64,000 bases of DNA from Octopus vulgaris (Eukaryota), in NCBI GenBank assembly GCA_951406725.2, contig OX597815.1, positions 74,834,001 to 74,898,000 on the forward strand. Direction: 5' to 3'. The translations under genes were made by a program, and so were the position numbers. The notes beneath the pieces were generated by a model that saw only the letters and a program-made list of their open reading frames with translations, was not told the DNA's origin and did no database searches. Shown here in pieces: positions 1-12,552 of this stretch. Every line of letters begins with the position of its first letter. Within the stretch, counting starts at the first letter, position 1.

Positions 1-99
1 AGTTCACATTTATCGAACTGCATTCAAGCTGTAGCATCAATCCAATCAATCTTTTGTCATTCTTTTTCAGGTTTTTCTTTTCAGCTATAAGGTATTCGT

Positions 100-250
100 G
101 AAGACGCATCGCCTAGTGGCTGGATGTTACGTTCGCGGTTGTAAGATCTTGGTCTCGATTCCCGGACCGGACGGTGCATTGCATTCTTGAGCAAAGCACT
201 TCAGTTCACGTTACTCCAGTTCACTCTGCTGCAAATGAGTTTCTGCAATA
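100..250 (+). mobile_element. tRNA-derived SINE (family also at ~5520-5660 -, ~41430-41720 +, ~42650-42880 -, ~50835-51060 -)
   Basis: A/B-box-like head (gcctagtgg...ggtctcgattcc) followed by the shared body ttcttgagcaaagcacttca...ttcacgtt.ctccag. Confidence 0.75.
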
Positions 251-414
251 GCTGGGAGGTTAAGCCTATGAAGGTCCAGGGTACCGCTCACGGGTGGGAT
301 GTGTGGAGAAAGTGTTATTTCAATCACTTATATGCCTTAGAAGCCAGGTTAAGCTCCAGTTTTTTTAGTCATAGACAACATGACTGACCTAAGTTTAAGA
401 GAAATATATTTACA

Positions 415-1196
415 CTAGCATTATGACCCGTCTTTGCCGGGTCATAGTGCTAGTGCATGTATATATGTGTATAGGTGTACATATTACATGTACATCTATA
501 TATATACATCTACACATAAAATACAAAATACAAAGTTATATCTTGATATCACTAGTGATAACAATACTGAAAATATATAACAGACTGGAATTGTATGACT
601 TTTCCATTTCTCCACGCTAATTTTATTTTTAATTTATTCCCATTCATGTGAAACCACTTATTCAAGTTCAAATCATTGATGCAATTTTATACCAATTGCT
701 ATTTTTACTTTTGTTATACTTTAGTTTGATTTTCATTATTACTTACTACATATAATTCAATTGTTATTATTATCTCTAATTTTTAATGTTAAAGTGAAAT
801 TATCTGACATAAAATAGAGAAATGTTTTTGTTTCACTTTTAACACGTAATACTGAAATAGTGGAGAAGATATGATATTGCTATGGGCTCGCCCTAAGCAA
901 GAAGTTGAACATTTTTTTGCCCACGAAACTACATGGACCCTAAGTAAGGCAGGTGTAAAATTTGAATGAAATTGGTCGTGTAGTTCTCAAGTTTTAGGGA
1001 ATCGTAGTGGAGAAGATATGATATTGCTGCGCGCTCGCCCTAGGCAAAAAGTTTTTAAAAAATGTTGCTGATGACACTCCCCGGACCCTAAGCAAGGCAT
1101 ATGTAAAATTTGAATGAAATTGGTTATGTAGTTTTCAAGTTTTAGGGAAACACACAGACAGACTGACACACATTCTCAGTTTTATATATAGAGAGA
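415..1196 (-). mobile_element. Non-autonomous Helitron
   Basis: On the minus strand it starts TC (1196) and ends CTAG (415) next to a hairpin (ctagcattatgacccg..cgggtcatagtgctag, 415-453). It lies between A and T with no TSD. The empty site is present in the other palindrome arm (2993-3018). Internal ~150-bp direct duplication. Confidence 0.85.
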
Positions 1197-1899
1197 TTAT
1201 TCAATGTATTTTCGCTTGTCAATGAACTGTAAGGTGCGATTTGAGGGAGATTTGGCTGCTATTTATACAAATCAAATCACTATGGGAGGCACCGTCACCA
1301 TCATCACCACCACCACATCGTTGACTCGTCAATTCTGTTGATTGTGGAACAAATAGATTTACCTAATGAAATAAGATTTGAAATGTCAATCTTTTGAGGA
1401 GGAGGCGTGTGTAGGTAGTTGAATCGATGATAATTGCATTGCTTGGCATTTATTTTACAGTTGGCATGAGTTCAGATACGGCTGATGTCAACCTTGCCTT
1501 TCATCCCTTCGTCATCGATAAAATAATGTTTCAGCGAAATACTGGAGTTGATGGAATCGTTTAAGCCTCCTTCCCTCAAAACTGCTGGCCTTGTTTCTAT
1601 ATCAGAAATCGTTTTACAAACGTCAAGGAGATGAGTGACTCAATCCCAGAACAATGAGAGACAACTCATTTTAAGGTCCTTGTTTGTAATTTAGAAACTA
1701 TTACTGGGACTTTCATTAAATATATATATAGAAAACGAAAGAAAATCTATCAAGTTGAAAACTCAAAGTCTGTACAGGGAATAGAATGACCAATAAGTTT
1801 GCTGGTAGTTATAAAGTCCGTTTAGGAAAAGTTGGAAAATTAGGCGGTCGGTTGACAGAATCGTTAGAGTGTTGGATAGATTGTTTTTCCGGTTATATA

Positions 1900-1979
<80 letters not shown>

Positions 1980-2624
1980 AATTCATAACTACCATACAGC
2001 TTTAACAATCATTCTCCCTACTTGCATTAGGGCAGGAAGTCCCCTATATGAAATTTAGAAATTGATGCTGGGATTTTCATACAATTCCCCAAAAAAAAGA
2101 CAAGGAATGAAAGAAATCTAACTTTTAGCTTGCTAACATTCATGAAGTCTGTATAGGATACTAATTCACCAATCACTTGCAGGATTTTGAATCAGAACAT
2201 AATGAGCGGGAACGATAACCGGAAAAAGCAATCAATCCGACACTCTAACGGTTCTATCAACCGACCGCTTATTATTCACATTTTCCCTAAATAGACTTCA
2301 TGACTGTTAACAAACTCATTGGGCATTCTATTTCCTGTACAAACTTTATGAGTGTTTTCAACTTGATAGATTTTCTTTCGTTTTCTATATATATTTAATC
2401 AAAATCCCAGTAATAGTTTCTAAATTACAAACAAGGACCTTAAAATGAGTTGTCTCTCATTGTTCTGGGACTGAATCATTCATCTCCCTGACGTTTGTAA
2501 AACAAATCCTGATATAGAAACAGGGCTAGCAATTTTGAGGGAAGGAGGCTTAGTCGATTCCATCAACTCCAGTATTTCACTGAAACATTATTTTATCGAT
2601 CCCAAAGGGATGAAAGGCAAGGTT

Positions 2625-2918
2625 GTGGTGGTGGTGCTGGTGGTGCTGGTGCTGGTGCTGGTGGTGGTGCGGGTGTTGGTGGTGGTGGTGTTGGTGGTGG
2701 TGCTGGTGGTGCTGGTGGTGGTGTTGGTGGTGTTGCTGGTGGTGCTGGTGGTGCTGGTGGTGCTGGTGGTGCTGGTGCTGCTGGTGCTGGTGGTGGTGGT
2801 GGTGATGGTGGTGCTGGTGGTGGTGCTGGTGGTGCTGGTGCTGGTGCTGGTGGTGCTGGTGGTGCTGGTGGTGCTGGTGGTGCTGGTGCTGGTGCTGCTG
2901 GTGCTGGTGCTGCTGGTG
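2625..2918. repeat. (GGT/GCT)n trinucleotide expansion
   Basis: Seen directly; it generates the poly-V/T/P/W ORFs. The counterpart in the left arm (~1290-1316) is only a few CAC units. Confidence 0.95.
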
Positions 2919-3297
2919 TCTCCCGTAGTGATTTGACTTTTATAAATAGCAGCCAAATCTCCCACAAATCACACCTTACTGTTCATTGACAGGCGAAAAT
3001 ACATTGAATAATGTAAATTGAGGTTATGAGAGGTAATGGTGTCAAGAAGACCCAAAGGTGTCAGGTAATGCTGAGTAAGTGCTATGGACAGACTATAGTT
3101 AAGCTCCAGGTTCGGTAATTATGCGAATGAGGAGTCCAACGTAGGTCATATATCAGCATGCGTATATATAAAAAAATTTAACAGAATAAAAAAAAATCCA
3201 AGGCTGTGAAAGATTTCAGAACATTTATAAATAGAAGGTCTTACACATTATTTACATTATTTACAATTGACGGATATTTGTCCTCATATTTGTTGTT

Positions 3298-3343
3298 AAC
3301 ACAACGCTTCGGCTGATATACCCTCCAGCCTTCATCAGGTGTC
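3298..3343 (-). ncRNA. Minimal type-I hammerhead ribozyme motif, degenerate (GAAA>GAAG)
   Basis: Minus strand reads gacac-CTGATGA-a-ggctg-gagggtatat-cagcc-GAAG-cg-TT-gtgtt; lies in the Penelope 3' region. Confidence 0.65.
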
Positions 3344-3559
3344 TTGGGAAAATTTCGAACCTAGGTTTTCATTCCTAAGGTATTTTTCGATGTTGTTTTT
3401 ATTATTATATTGCTTGGAATCGAACTTGGACTACTTGGGGTTAGTAGCCTGCGCTCTTAACCACTACGCCATATGCCCGTGGTCAATTATGGAGTGAATT
3501 TTAAATTTTAGGGTTTATAAATCTAATATTCTCCTATCCTTCCTTAATACCGGTTCCCA

Positions 3560-4915
3560 TATGCTGTTCATATCTGCACTCGGTCTGCTTAGGAGGTTGT
3601 TGTGCCCTAGCATATGTGCTGCTTCTTTTCGTTTTCGTATTTTCCAGTGGTATTTTCTGCCTATTATTTTAACTTCATCCCACAGGGGGAGGTGATCTCC
3701 ATTTTTCTATAGATGATCAGCTATACCCGATTTATCAATATCTCCTCGTGTCACAGCTTTGCGATGCTCCTCTACCCTTATTTTGAGAGGACGGCATGTT
3801 TCGCCTTTGTATAACTTACCACGGCTGCATGGGATGGTATACACACAGTTCTTAGTCATATTCTCTTCTATTGGTGGTTTCACTCAAAGGAGATATTTGC
3901 GAAGTGTTGTATTACTTTTGAATACTGTCCTGATGTCATATGGGCCGCATATCTTTTGTATCTTTTCGGAGAGGCCTTTCACACAGGGTAGACAGACTGT
4001 GGACAGTTTATCGGTTTTATCCTCTTTTTTCTTCGTAATTGGGGTGGAGAATATGCTTTTGGGGTACTTGTTGCTTAATAGATTGCTACTGAGCTTGATC
4101 ATTTCTTCGTGGTGGGTATCACGATCGCTACTTATATTCATTGCTCGATGTTTTAGGCACTGAGCAATCCCTCTCTTTACACTGTATGGATGGTGAGAGT
4201 TGAAGTTAAGGTATCGTCCAGTGAAAGTCAGCTTGCAGTATACGGATGTCTCAAATCTATACTTGGTACGTGTTATTAATACGCCCAGGAATGCTAGCTG
4301 ATTGTCTTTTTCTTTTTCCATTGTAGACTGTATGGATGGCTTTATTGAGTTCACATGATCTAACAGCACTTGGACATCTTCCTGGTGGGGCCAGAGTATA
4401 AAGGTGTCATCAACATATCGCAGCCATAGGGTTGGTTTTAGTGGTGTTGATCCTAAAGCCAAATTCTCAAAGTATTCCATGTATATATTGGCTATTATCG
4501 GTGACAATGGCGAACCCATAGCTAAACCATCTTCTTGTCGATATATATCAGTGTCCGTACTGAAGTAGGTAGTTTCTACACAGAAGGTCAACACTTCTAT
4601 AAAGATTTTTATTGGTATACTAACGCGTTCTTTAAGACGGGTGTCTGTCACTAGTTTTTCTTGAATTACCGATAGTGCTTTACCTGTTGGGACATCTAGA
4701 CTCACCATCTGGTTGGATTTAATGGGGTATCCTTGATCAATTCTGTGAAGTGGGTGGAATTCTTCACGTACGATGCTAACTTTCCTGCTAATGGACTGAT
4801 TATATCCACAAGGAAGCGGCTCAGTGGATGACAGGCTGAACCTCTACAGCTCAATATAGGTCTTTATGGAATACCATCCTTGTGAATCTTAGGAAGACCG
4901 TACATGTGTGGTAGT
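3560..4915 (-). pseudogene. Penelope-like reverse transcriptase + GIY-YIG endonuclease, disrupted
   Basis: ORF 3884-4708 has GLAMGSPLSP and WLRYVDD. After an in-frame TGA the frame continues KNCVYTIPCSRGKLYKGETCRPLKIRVEEH (GIY-YIG). Upstream remnant YGLPKIHK. Confidence 0.92.
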
Positions 4916-5239
4916 TAATTTTAGTATGGACACTGATATATATCGACAAGAAGGGAGTTTAGGCAGAATGGTATATATATGATTCCTGTACCTTGAAAGT
5001 TCCAATTGTATTTAAAATTGGTCATTCCAAGCATAGAGCTTGTAAACGGTGTTATTGAATCAAGGGTTTTTTTGAAGTGACTTAAAGGTTGGGAATCTTA
5101 TATGTACACCATTCTGCCTAAATAATGGAACTGCAGATACAATATCCCTGCATATCTCACGTCTGTTTTCATTCCTCCACTTCACTCTCTATTTCATATC
5201 TTATCTAGAATAACTATTGCTTAACCATTCTCTTACACC

Positions 5240-5287
5240 GTCTCCGATGGAGGGATATATAAAATATCCCGGAAACAGCTGTAAGAC
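5240..5287 (+). ncRNA. Minimal hammerhead ribozyme motif, degenerate core
   Basis: gtct-CCGATGGA-gggatat-ataaa-atatccc-g-GAAA-cagctg-TA-agac; stems I-III close but the CUGAUGA box is mutated. Confidence 0.6.
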
Positions 5288-6180
5288 CTATTTATAAATG
5301 TTCTGAAATCTTTCAAAGCCTTGGATTTTTATCTCATTCTATTAATTTTTTTTGAATTATGTAAATATATTTTCCTTCAACTTAGGTCAGTCATGAAGTC
5401 TGGAACTCACAAAACCGGAGCTTAACCTGGCTTCTAAGGCATATAAGTGATTGAAATAACACTTTCTCCACATATCCCACCCTGGGCCTTCATAGGCTTA
5501 ACCTTCCAGCTATTGCAGAAACTCATTTGCAACAGAGTGAACTGGAGCAACGTGAAATGAAGTGCTTTGCTCAAGAATGCAATGCACCGTCCGGTCCGGG
5601 AATCGAGACCAAGATCTTACAACCGTGAGCGTAACACTCCAGCCACTAGGCGACGCGTCTTCACGAATACCTTATAGCTGAAAAGAAAAACCTGAAAAGG
5701 AAGGATAAAGAGACTGGATTGTTGTTACAGCTGAAATGTGTTTTGATAAATGTGAACTTGAATAAAGCAGAACTATAGCAAAACAAATAACAAGTGAAAA
5801 AAACAACAATTGTTTTTATTGTAACTCGTGGGTGGGAGCCATTACGCTAATAGTGTCAATTGTTTTTGCAGTTCCAACACAAATAAAAACTTTAGCAATA
5901 TCAATGCTGCTAACAAACAGCACCACTTCTTTCAATAACACCACTTCTGAAGACCAGAATAAAAATAGATACATTTTTAATATTGTTTTTCAATGAGTTT
6001 AGAAAGTCTTAGTTAATTGAACGGTAACCATAAGTCCTATATAACTATTTGGAAGTTTAGCGACATCAGTTCAATATGATCATTTTAAGCAAAAGAGAAA
6101 AAACAAATTGGAATCGCATTTCTTTCTTTATTAGTCGATCTTTTTTTTCTTCATACACAGTAAGGGTGTGTCGAAACAGA

Positions 6181-6350
6181 TACCTATTTCTTTACTGCCC
6201 ACAAGGGGTTAAACACAGAGAGGACATACAAGGACAGACAAACGATTATGTCGACCCCAGTGCGTAACGATATAATCGACTTATTCCGTTTGTCTGTCCT
6301 TGTTTGTCCTCTCTGTGTTTAGCCCCTTGTGGGTAGTAAAGAAATAGGTA
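6181..6350. mobile_element. Palindromic insertion made of two inverted SINE 3' ends, 10-bp TSD
   Basis: Arms ~6181-6255 and ~6276-6350; tcgaaacaga at 6171-6180 and 6351-6360. Confidence 0.8.
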
Positions 6351-6659
6351 TCGAAACAGATACCGTGCTGCACTTTTGCCGTTTCACTACGTTCTGGGTT
6401 CAAATCCTACCGAGGTCACTTTTGCATCACACCCTTTCAGGATCGATTAACCAGTGTACCAGCCAAACAAATACAATGTTCCTCTCAAAACTATCTATGT
6501 TTTAAATTAGAAACAATTATTAATTATTAAGCATGAAATGATTGTTCAATTAAAAATCCAGTTACGGAGCTATGAATATTTTCGAGCAAGATCGTGTGCG
6601 TGTGTATGCGTGTAGTTGTCTTTGTGTTTAAGTGTGTCCATCCCTCTCCCTCTCTTTCC

Positions 6660-6660
<1 letters not shown>

Positions 6661-6757
<97 letters not shown>

Positions 6758-6759
6758 AT

Positions 6760-6844
<85 letters not shown>

Positions 6845-6871
6845 ATATATATATGTATGTATGTATGTATG

Positions 6872-6905
<34 letters not shown>

Positions 6906-6906
6906 T

Positions 6907-6981
<75 letters not shown>

Positions 6982-6998
6982 TAGATACAGATATAGAT
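6661..6998. repeat. Compound microsatellite (CA)n-(TA)n-(TATG)n-(GATA)n
   Basis: Seen directly. Confidence 0.97.
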
Positions 6999-7085
6999 TT
7001 TTCCCCCAATTTTTAGGAGTCAGAGAAAAAATAAAGAATAAATATTAGATCAAAGTATGGGTATACTATTATTATTATTATTATT

Positions 7086-7761
<676 letters not shown>

Positions 7762-7865
7762 GGAGTGAGAGAGCAGTGCATGCCATCAAAGTGATACTGG
7801 GGTAAAATATACGAAGCCCAATATACCCATCATGACTACCCGTCTGATAAGGGTACACTAGGCAC

Positions 7866-7924
<59 letters not shown>

Positions 7925-7925
<1 letters not shown>

Positions 7926-8140
7926 GGCGGCGAGTTGGCAGAATCGTTAGCACGCCCGGCAAAATTCTTTGTCGCATTTGGTCCGTTTTAACGGTTCCGA
8001 GTTAAAATTCCGCCGAGGTCGACTTTGTCTTTTATCCTTTCGAGGTCGATAAATTAAGCACCAGTGAAACACTGAGGTCGATCAAATTGACTAGCCCCTT
8101 CCCACTAAAATTTAAAGTTTTTTGCCTTTAGTAGAAAGGA
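7925..8140 (+). mobile_element. tRNA-derived SINE with Meta-like central domain (many copies: ~9195-9790, 20163-20855, 22250-24145, 24910-25122, 39266-39480, 52195-52840, 52975-53150)
   Basis: aggcggcgagctggcagaatcgttagc head, gagttcaaattcc B box, gtcgactttgcctttcatcctttcggggtcgataaa core. Confidence 0.8.
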
Positions 8141-8154
8141 TTATTATTATTATT

Positions 8155-8691
8155 GAGTGAGAGCAGCACATGCCATCAAAATGACACGGGTTCAAATATA
8201 CTCATCATGACTACCTGTTTGATAAGGGTATACCAGGCACATGCATCACAACCACATGTGCGCGACACGGTGGTCTTACATGAAGATAAACAGCGTATTA
8301 CCATGCAGGTGGGGCCCAGTTAGAATTTTATTCAGGTCGAGTAGCCCATCCTGCTCAAAAGGTCCCTGAATAAGGGGTGTTTAAAAATGACGAACGAAAC
8401 ACCCATGTTTCCAGGAGTGAATTATGCAAACTTCAAAGAATTCCTCTCAACACATGGTTAAGATGCTTCCCCACTACTTCTGAATGTGATTAGAGATGCA
8501 CATATCGTCAGCCACCACCAAGAACATGCTCGACTGGTTAAGGTCAAACAACTGACAAGCAAATATGTGGTATTGAGCAGAATATTTGCTGTAGTACATC
8601 TTTTATACCAAAAGAAAACGTGTACACGATAACACTCCCAATCATTTAAGATCAGAAGCCATGAGAGCCAGTGCCGGGTATTGCATCAGGG
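8155..8691 (-). mobile_element. ~555-bp (TAA)n-associated retroposon, copy 2 (more diverged)
   Basis: Colinear with 7086-7640. Confidence 0.85.
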
Positions 8692-8726
<35 letters not shown>

Positions 8727-8774
8727 GCTGCTGCTGCTGCTGCTGCTGTTGTTGTTGTTGTTGTTGTTATTATT

Positions 8775-9016
8775 ATTCTATGTTTGACTTTTGCTCTATG
8801 TCTGTACAAGTTGGCTCCAAGTCTCACCCAGAGACCTCAAGAGACAACAGGTTGGAAGTTCACGTTGTTGTTATGCCTAGTGTGCCATATATTTGGGGGT
8901 TTTTTTGGTGTTGTACTAGTGAATGTGTAATACATAAAAAAAAATTAAAAAAATAAAAAAAAGTTTGTTTTAAACCTTTGGATTACATAGAGAGTATTTT
9001 GTGTAGGATATGAGCA

Positions 9017-9020
<4 letters not shown>
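8775..9020 (-). mobile_element. 3' end of an R4/Dong-like LINE
   Basis: Minus strand encodes TAHILHKILSM* (R4-type C-terminus), then a 3'UTR ending in TAA repeats. Confidence 0.65.
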
Positions 9021-9081
<61 letters not shown>

Positions 9082-10611
9082 CCTGAAACTACGCCCTGAT
9101 GCGATAGCATCTGCACGTAGTTTCTATTGCATCAGAGCTTTCCTGATATTGCATCAGGGTATGTTCGGCATTGCATCAGGGCATGCCTGGTATTCTTTTC
9201 TACTCTAGGCACAAGGCCCGAAATTTTTAGGGAGGGGTCTGTCTATCACAGTACGCAACTGGTACTTAATTTATCGACTTCGAAAGGATGAAAGGCAAAG
9301 TCAACCTCGGCGGAATTTGAACTCAGAACGTAAAGACAGACGAAATACCGCCCTAGGGCATGCCTAGTATTGCATGAGGGCTATTATTGTTGTTGTTGTT
9401 AAGTGGTGAGCTGGCAGAAACGTTAGCACGCCGGGCGAAATGCGGAGGCGTATTTCCTCTGCCCTTACGTTCTGAGTTCAAATTCCGCCGAGATCGACTT
9501 TGCCTTTCATCCTTTCGGGATCGATAAATTAAGTACCAGTTACGCACTGGGGTCGATGTAATCGACTTAATCCGTTTGTCTGCCTTTGTTTGTACCCTCT
9601 ATGGATAGTAAAGAAATAGAAATGGGTATTTCGTTCGTCTTGACGTTCTGAGTTCAAATTCTGCCGAGGTCGACTTTGCTTTTCGTCCTTTCGGAATCGA
9701 TAAATTAAGTACCAGTGAAACACTGGGATCATTACAATCGACAATCTCCCTCCCACAAATCCAGGCCTTGTGCCTATAGTAGAAAGGGCTATTATTATTA
9801 TAACCAAGTGAAACCAGTCTATGAAATGAAATTCATAGATGAAAGAAATATCAAAACCAGAGAACAACACTATCTCATTAAGCCCAACGAAGTTATGTCC
9901 TTTGGATTTGTCCCTTTTTTTTAGCCAGTGACCTCCATGCAAGCATTTAGATGACAAAATGTCTTCTTCGGTTTTATAGGATATTTGATTGTAGAGCATA
10001 GATAGGGTATGAGCGAGCTGGATAGAAGCACGGGGAGAGAAGAGGTGAGAGAAATGGGTGGGACGTGGTAAGGGTTATTTTTAAAGACGTAGGGACATGT
10101 ATACGCATGTATTTGTCTAAGTCTGTATATATAAATTAACGGTATTTACAAGAAGTCATACATAACCATTTGAAACATCGGTAGGTGAATATTAACTCTT
10201 CATTTAACTCTTCCCATAAGGGAAGAACCAACCTTTATACACATGATGTACCTAACTAGGATGTATATATCTACACTCGTGAAGGCAAGGGTAAAATGCT
10301 CCACTTTAAAAGCTTATGTAGGCCCTCGGCTGGAAGAAGTTCTTATCTTTTATCTTTTACTTTTTGCAGTCATTAGACTGCAACGATGCCGGAGCACAGC
10401 CTTGAAAACGTCTAGTCGAACAAAGCGACCCCAGTACTTATTTTGTTAAACCTGATATTCATTTTATCGTTCTCTTTTGTCGAACCAATATTGTTACAGG
10501 GGCGTAAACACATCAAAAATAATCGTCAAGCTACACACACACTCACACACGCGCACACGCATACACACGCACGTACGCGAACACACTCACACACATAGAC
10601 ATACACACACG

Positions 10612-10672
<61 letters not shown>

Positions 10673-10699
10673 TGATAGATTGATAGATAGCTCTCTCTT

Positions 10700-10767
<68 letters not shown>

Positions 10768-11429
10768 ACAGCCTTCTTTCAGCTTCCGTTTAACAAATCC
10801 CCTCACGTGGCTTTGGCTGGCCCAACGTTTTAATACAAGACACTGTCTCAAAATGACTCGCAGTGGGACTGAACCTGGAACTATGTAGTTGTGATGCACA
10901 CTTCTAACCACACACACACTCCTGTATTTGATCTTGTCTTAAAAAGTCCCTGCACTTACAACCATTGTTAAAGTAAAACCTGCATTTTCTAGTATTTCCG
11001 TTTGATGTCATGTTGTGCAGTGTTTTCATTCAATGTCCATATATGTCTGGCTAAAGTTGTGGATTCAACATCTGGATGTTAAACGAGGACTTGTGGTAGC
11101 TGATCCGGATCTTCAAGCTAACCTTCCGCCGCGCCTACTTTCTTTTGTCCATTCGTCGACCCACTGGTTTGAACATTATACCCGTCTCATACACGACGTT
11201 CTCTATATTGCATTGAAGATTTAGGGATTTTAATTCTGCATGAGCAACTGCTTCTATGCTAGGTTTGAGTGAGAAAGCAGTGCATGCCATCAAAGTGACA
11301 CTGGGGTAAAATATACGAAGCCCAGTATACCCATCTGACCACCCAGGCACGTGCATCACAACCATATGTGCGCGACGTGGTGATCTCATATCAAGATTAA
11401 CAGCGCATGACCTTGCAGGTAGGCCCTAA

Positions 11430-11465
<36 letters not shown>

Positions 11466-11469
<4 letters not shown>

Positions 11470-11845
11470 TAGTTTTATTTTTATAGCGTGCTTTCACTTC
11501 ACTACCGAGCGCAGCTCTGTGTGCCTTGGGTATGTGCTGTGATTTGTTGTGATGCTCTGATGGTTATTGTATGGAAAGTGTTCTGCGTAGGATGTGTGCA
11601 GTGCCTAGTAGTGCAATTTTCTGTATGTTATATGTGTTTGTAAGTCCTGGTGTTTTTGTTATGTATTTGTCTGAATATTTTTTTATCATGCCTAATGCAC
11701 CTACTATGATAGGAATTGTTTCTGTTTTCAGGTTCCACATTCTAGTTACCTCTATTTCTAGGTCTTTGTATTTTGAGAGTTTCTCCATTTCTTTTAGAGA
11801 CACGTTGTCATCTGCCGGTATTGATACATCAATTAGAAAGCATTT
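11466..11845 (-). pseudogene. R4/Dong-clade LINE 3' fragment (restriction-like endonuclease C-terminus); its 3'UTR is repeated at 14126-14217
   Basis: ORF 11564-11803 EKLSKYKDL...PIIVGALG...ALLGTAHILRRTL; bounded by (TAA)n tracts, the known Dong target. Confidence 0.85.
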
Positions 11846-11852
11846 AAAAAAA

Positions 11853-11936
<84 letters not shown>

Positions 11937-11939
11937 GTT

Positions 11940-11976
<37 letters not shown>

Positions 11977-12529
11977 GCCCTGATGCAGTACCAGGCAGTG
12001 GCTCTCATGGCTTCTGATCTTAACTGATTGGAAGTGTTATCATGTACATTGTTTTGTCTTGGTATAAAAGATGGGCTACAGCAAATATTCTGCTCAATAC
12101 CACAAATTTGCTTGTCAGTTGTTTAACCTCAACCAGTTGAGCATGTCCCTTAGTGGCTGACGATATGTGCATCTCTGATCACGAGCAGAAGTAGTGGGGG
12201 AGCATCATAGCCATGTGTTGAGAGGGATTCTTTGGGGTTTGAATAATTCACCTCTGGAAACATGGGTGGTTCTTTCAACATCCTTAAACAACCCTTATTC
12301 AGGGACCTATTGAGTGGGATGGGCTACTCAACCTGAAGAAAATTCTAACTGGGCCCACCTACAAGGTCATGCGCTGTTTATCTTGATATGAGATCACCAT
12401 GTCGCGCACATATGGTTGTGATGCATGTGCCTGGTGTACCCTTATCAGACGTGTAGTCATGATGGGTATATTGGGCTTCGTATATTTTACCCCAGTGTCA
12501 CTTTGATGGCATGAACTGCTCTCTCACTC
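11977..12529 (+). mobile_element. ~555-bp (TAA)n-associated retroposon, copy 3
   Basis: Starts gccctgatgcagtaccaggc, ends ctctctcactc + (AAT)n. Confidence 0.88.
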
Positions 12530-12552
12530 AATAATAATAATAATAATAATAT

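Larger units (their letters stand above)
3019..5351. mobile_element. Composite/nested Penelope-like insertion with 15-bp target-site duplication
   Basis: Flanked by ttgaataatgtaaat (3004-3018) and ttgaattatgtaaat (5352-5366); absent from the left arm; inverted pLTR-like segments at ~3183-3245 and ~5281-5345. Confidence 0.8.
1..5759. repeat. Large diverged inverted duplication (palindrome) centred near 2050; left arm may extend beyond the window
   Basis: 1-414 is the reverse complement of ~5360-5759; ~1197-1316 pairs with ~2915-3018; ~1490-1896 pairs with ~2215-2625; spacer ~1897-2214. Confidence 0.92.

Noticed and set aside
2535-2967. Pro/Ala-, Thr/Ser-, Val/Leu- and Trp/Cys-rich ORFs
   Set aside because: All frames of one trinucleotide expansion that is absent from the paralogous arm.
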